Assembly (NCBI RefSeq): GCF_009834535.1
Contig: NC_045707.1
Location: 53,012,001 to 53,076,000 of the forward strand
DNA length: 64,000 nt
Reading direction: 5' to 3'
DNA from: Camelus ferus
Taxonomy: Eukaryota
The notes beneath the pieces are model-generated. The model was not told the DNA's origin and did no database searches. It was given only the letters and a program-made list of their open reading frames with translations. A program made the translations under genes and the position numbers. Shown here one piece after another: positions 63,281 to 64,000 of the stretch (positions are counted from its first letter, which is position 1; each line of letters begins with the position of its first letter).

Positions 63281-63667
63281 GAGTAAGGGGCTTCAATTTG
63301 CACACTCGTACGTACAAAAGCACGTGCACATATATACATATATACAAGTGTCTACATACAGAGCCACGTACATGCGTGTGTACACACGTTCCTTAATTTA
63401 CAGGTGTGTGCGAGCTTGGCCTCCAGGATTCCAGGCAAGGCTGGGCTGAGCTACCATGTGATCCCTCTTCAGCTGACAGGGAAGAGACATTTCTGCACCC
63501 CGAAGGCAGGGGAGGTTGAAGGGAAGTCAGCGCCCCAAGTACAAAAGACTATTTTCACAGATGCAATCAAAGCAAAAGTTTTAAAATGGAAACTTAATTA
63601 TGGGCAAGAGCAAAAGACAACGTCGGTGGCAAAAAGCAGTCATGTTGGTACTTCCTGTTTCTGGCGT

Positions 63668-63800
63668 TCTTTTTTCATTGTTAAAGCATAGTCAGTTTAC
63701 AACACTTAGTTTTGGTGCACAGTGATTCAGTTATACGTATGGATATCCCTTTTCATATTATTTTTCATTATAGGCTATTTCAAGGTATCAAATATAGTTC
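63668..63800 (-). mobile_element. Short LINE-1 3' terminal fragment, similar to the element at 10482
   Basis: T-run + ATAGTCAGTTTACAA...TTTTCATATTATTTTTCATTATAGG...AATATAGTTC parallels 10500-10636. Confidence 0.7.
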
Positions 63801-64000
63801 AATTAAATCAGAGGTGAGGACTCAGGTTAATCAGATGAAATGGTGGCTAATGAAAAATCTCATAAGCCAGGTATGTCTGTGGACTCAACTCTCACCTGAA
63901 TGGCATTTACATTTGCAATGCGTCAGCAGGAGTGGTGGCCGGTACAGTGGACGGCATCCCACCGCTGAGGTGTTCCCTATGGAGAATTTATAGCTACTGT

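Noticed and set aside
57840..64000. Start of a downstream neighbouring gene (RANBP2 follows LIMS1 in human)
   Set aside because: The region is mostly repeats, with no CpG island or recognisable exon.

Overview
Mammalian genomic DNA, very probably camelid, based on five copies of a tRNA-Ala-derived SINE resembling the camelid Vic-1 family. The window holds most of one gene, LIMS1 (PINCH1, a five-LIM-domain focal-adhesion adaptor), on the + strand. Eight constitutive coding exons (41899-52829) splice in frame with GT-AG boundaries. With terminal exon 55113-55227 they give the canonical 325-aa protein. Upstream are two clear alternative coding first exons (22459-22568 in a CpG island; 38544-38725) and a candidate third micro-coding first exon ending at 9985. 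All three are phase 2 and match the exon-2 acceptor. A second, paralogous terminal exon (52996-53143) rewrites the end of LIM5 and the tail (...KKKKPVCL) and removes the KFVEF PP1-docking motif. The introns contain LINE-1, solo LTRs with TSDs, hAT DNA-transposon fossils, two minisatellites and an antisense EEF1A1 3'UTR retrocopy fragment. I see no prokaryotic, CRISPR or wholly new multi-gene system. The most interesting signals are the isoform switches, the patchy extreme GC3 with non-synonymous changes, and the repeat evolution. Gene and repeat family names come from recall of consensus sequences, not from database searches, and repeat boundaries are approximate unless a TSD is quoted.
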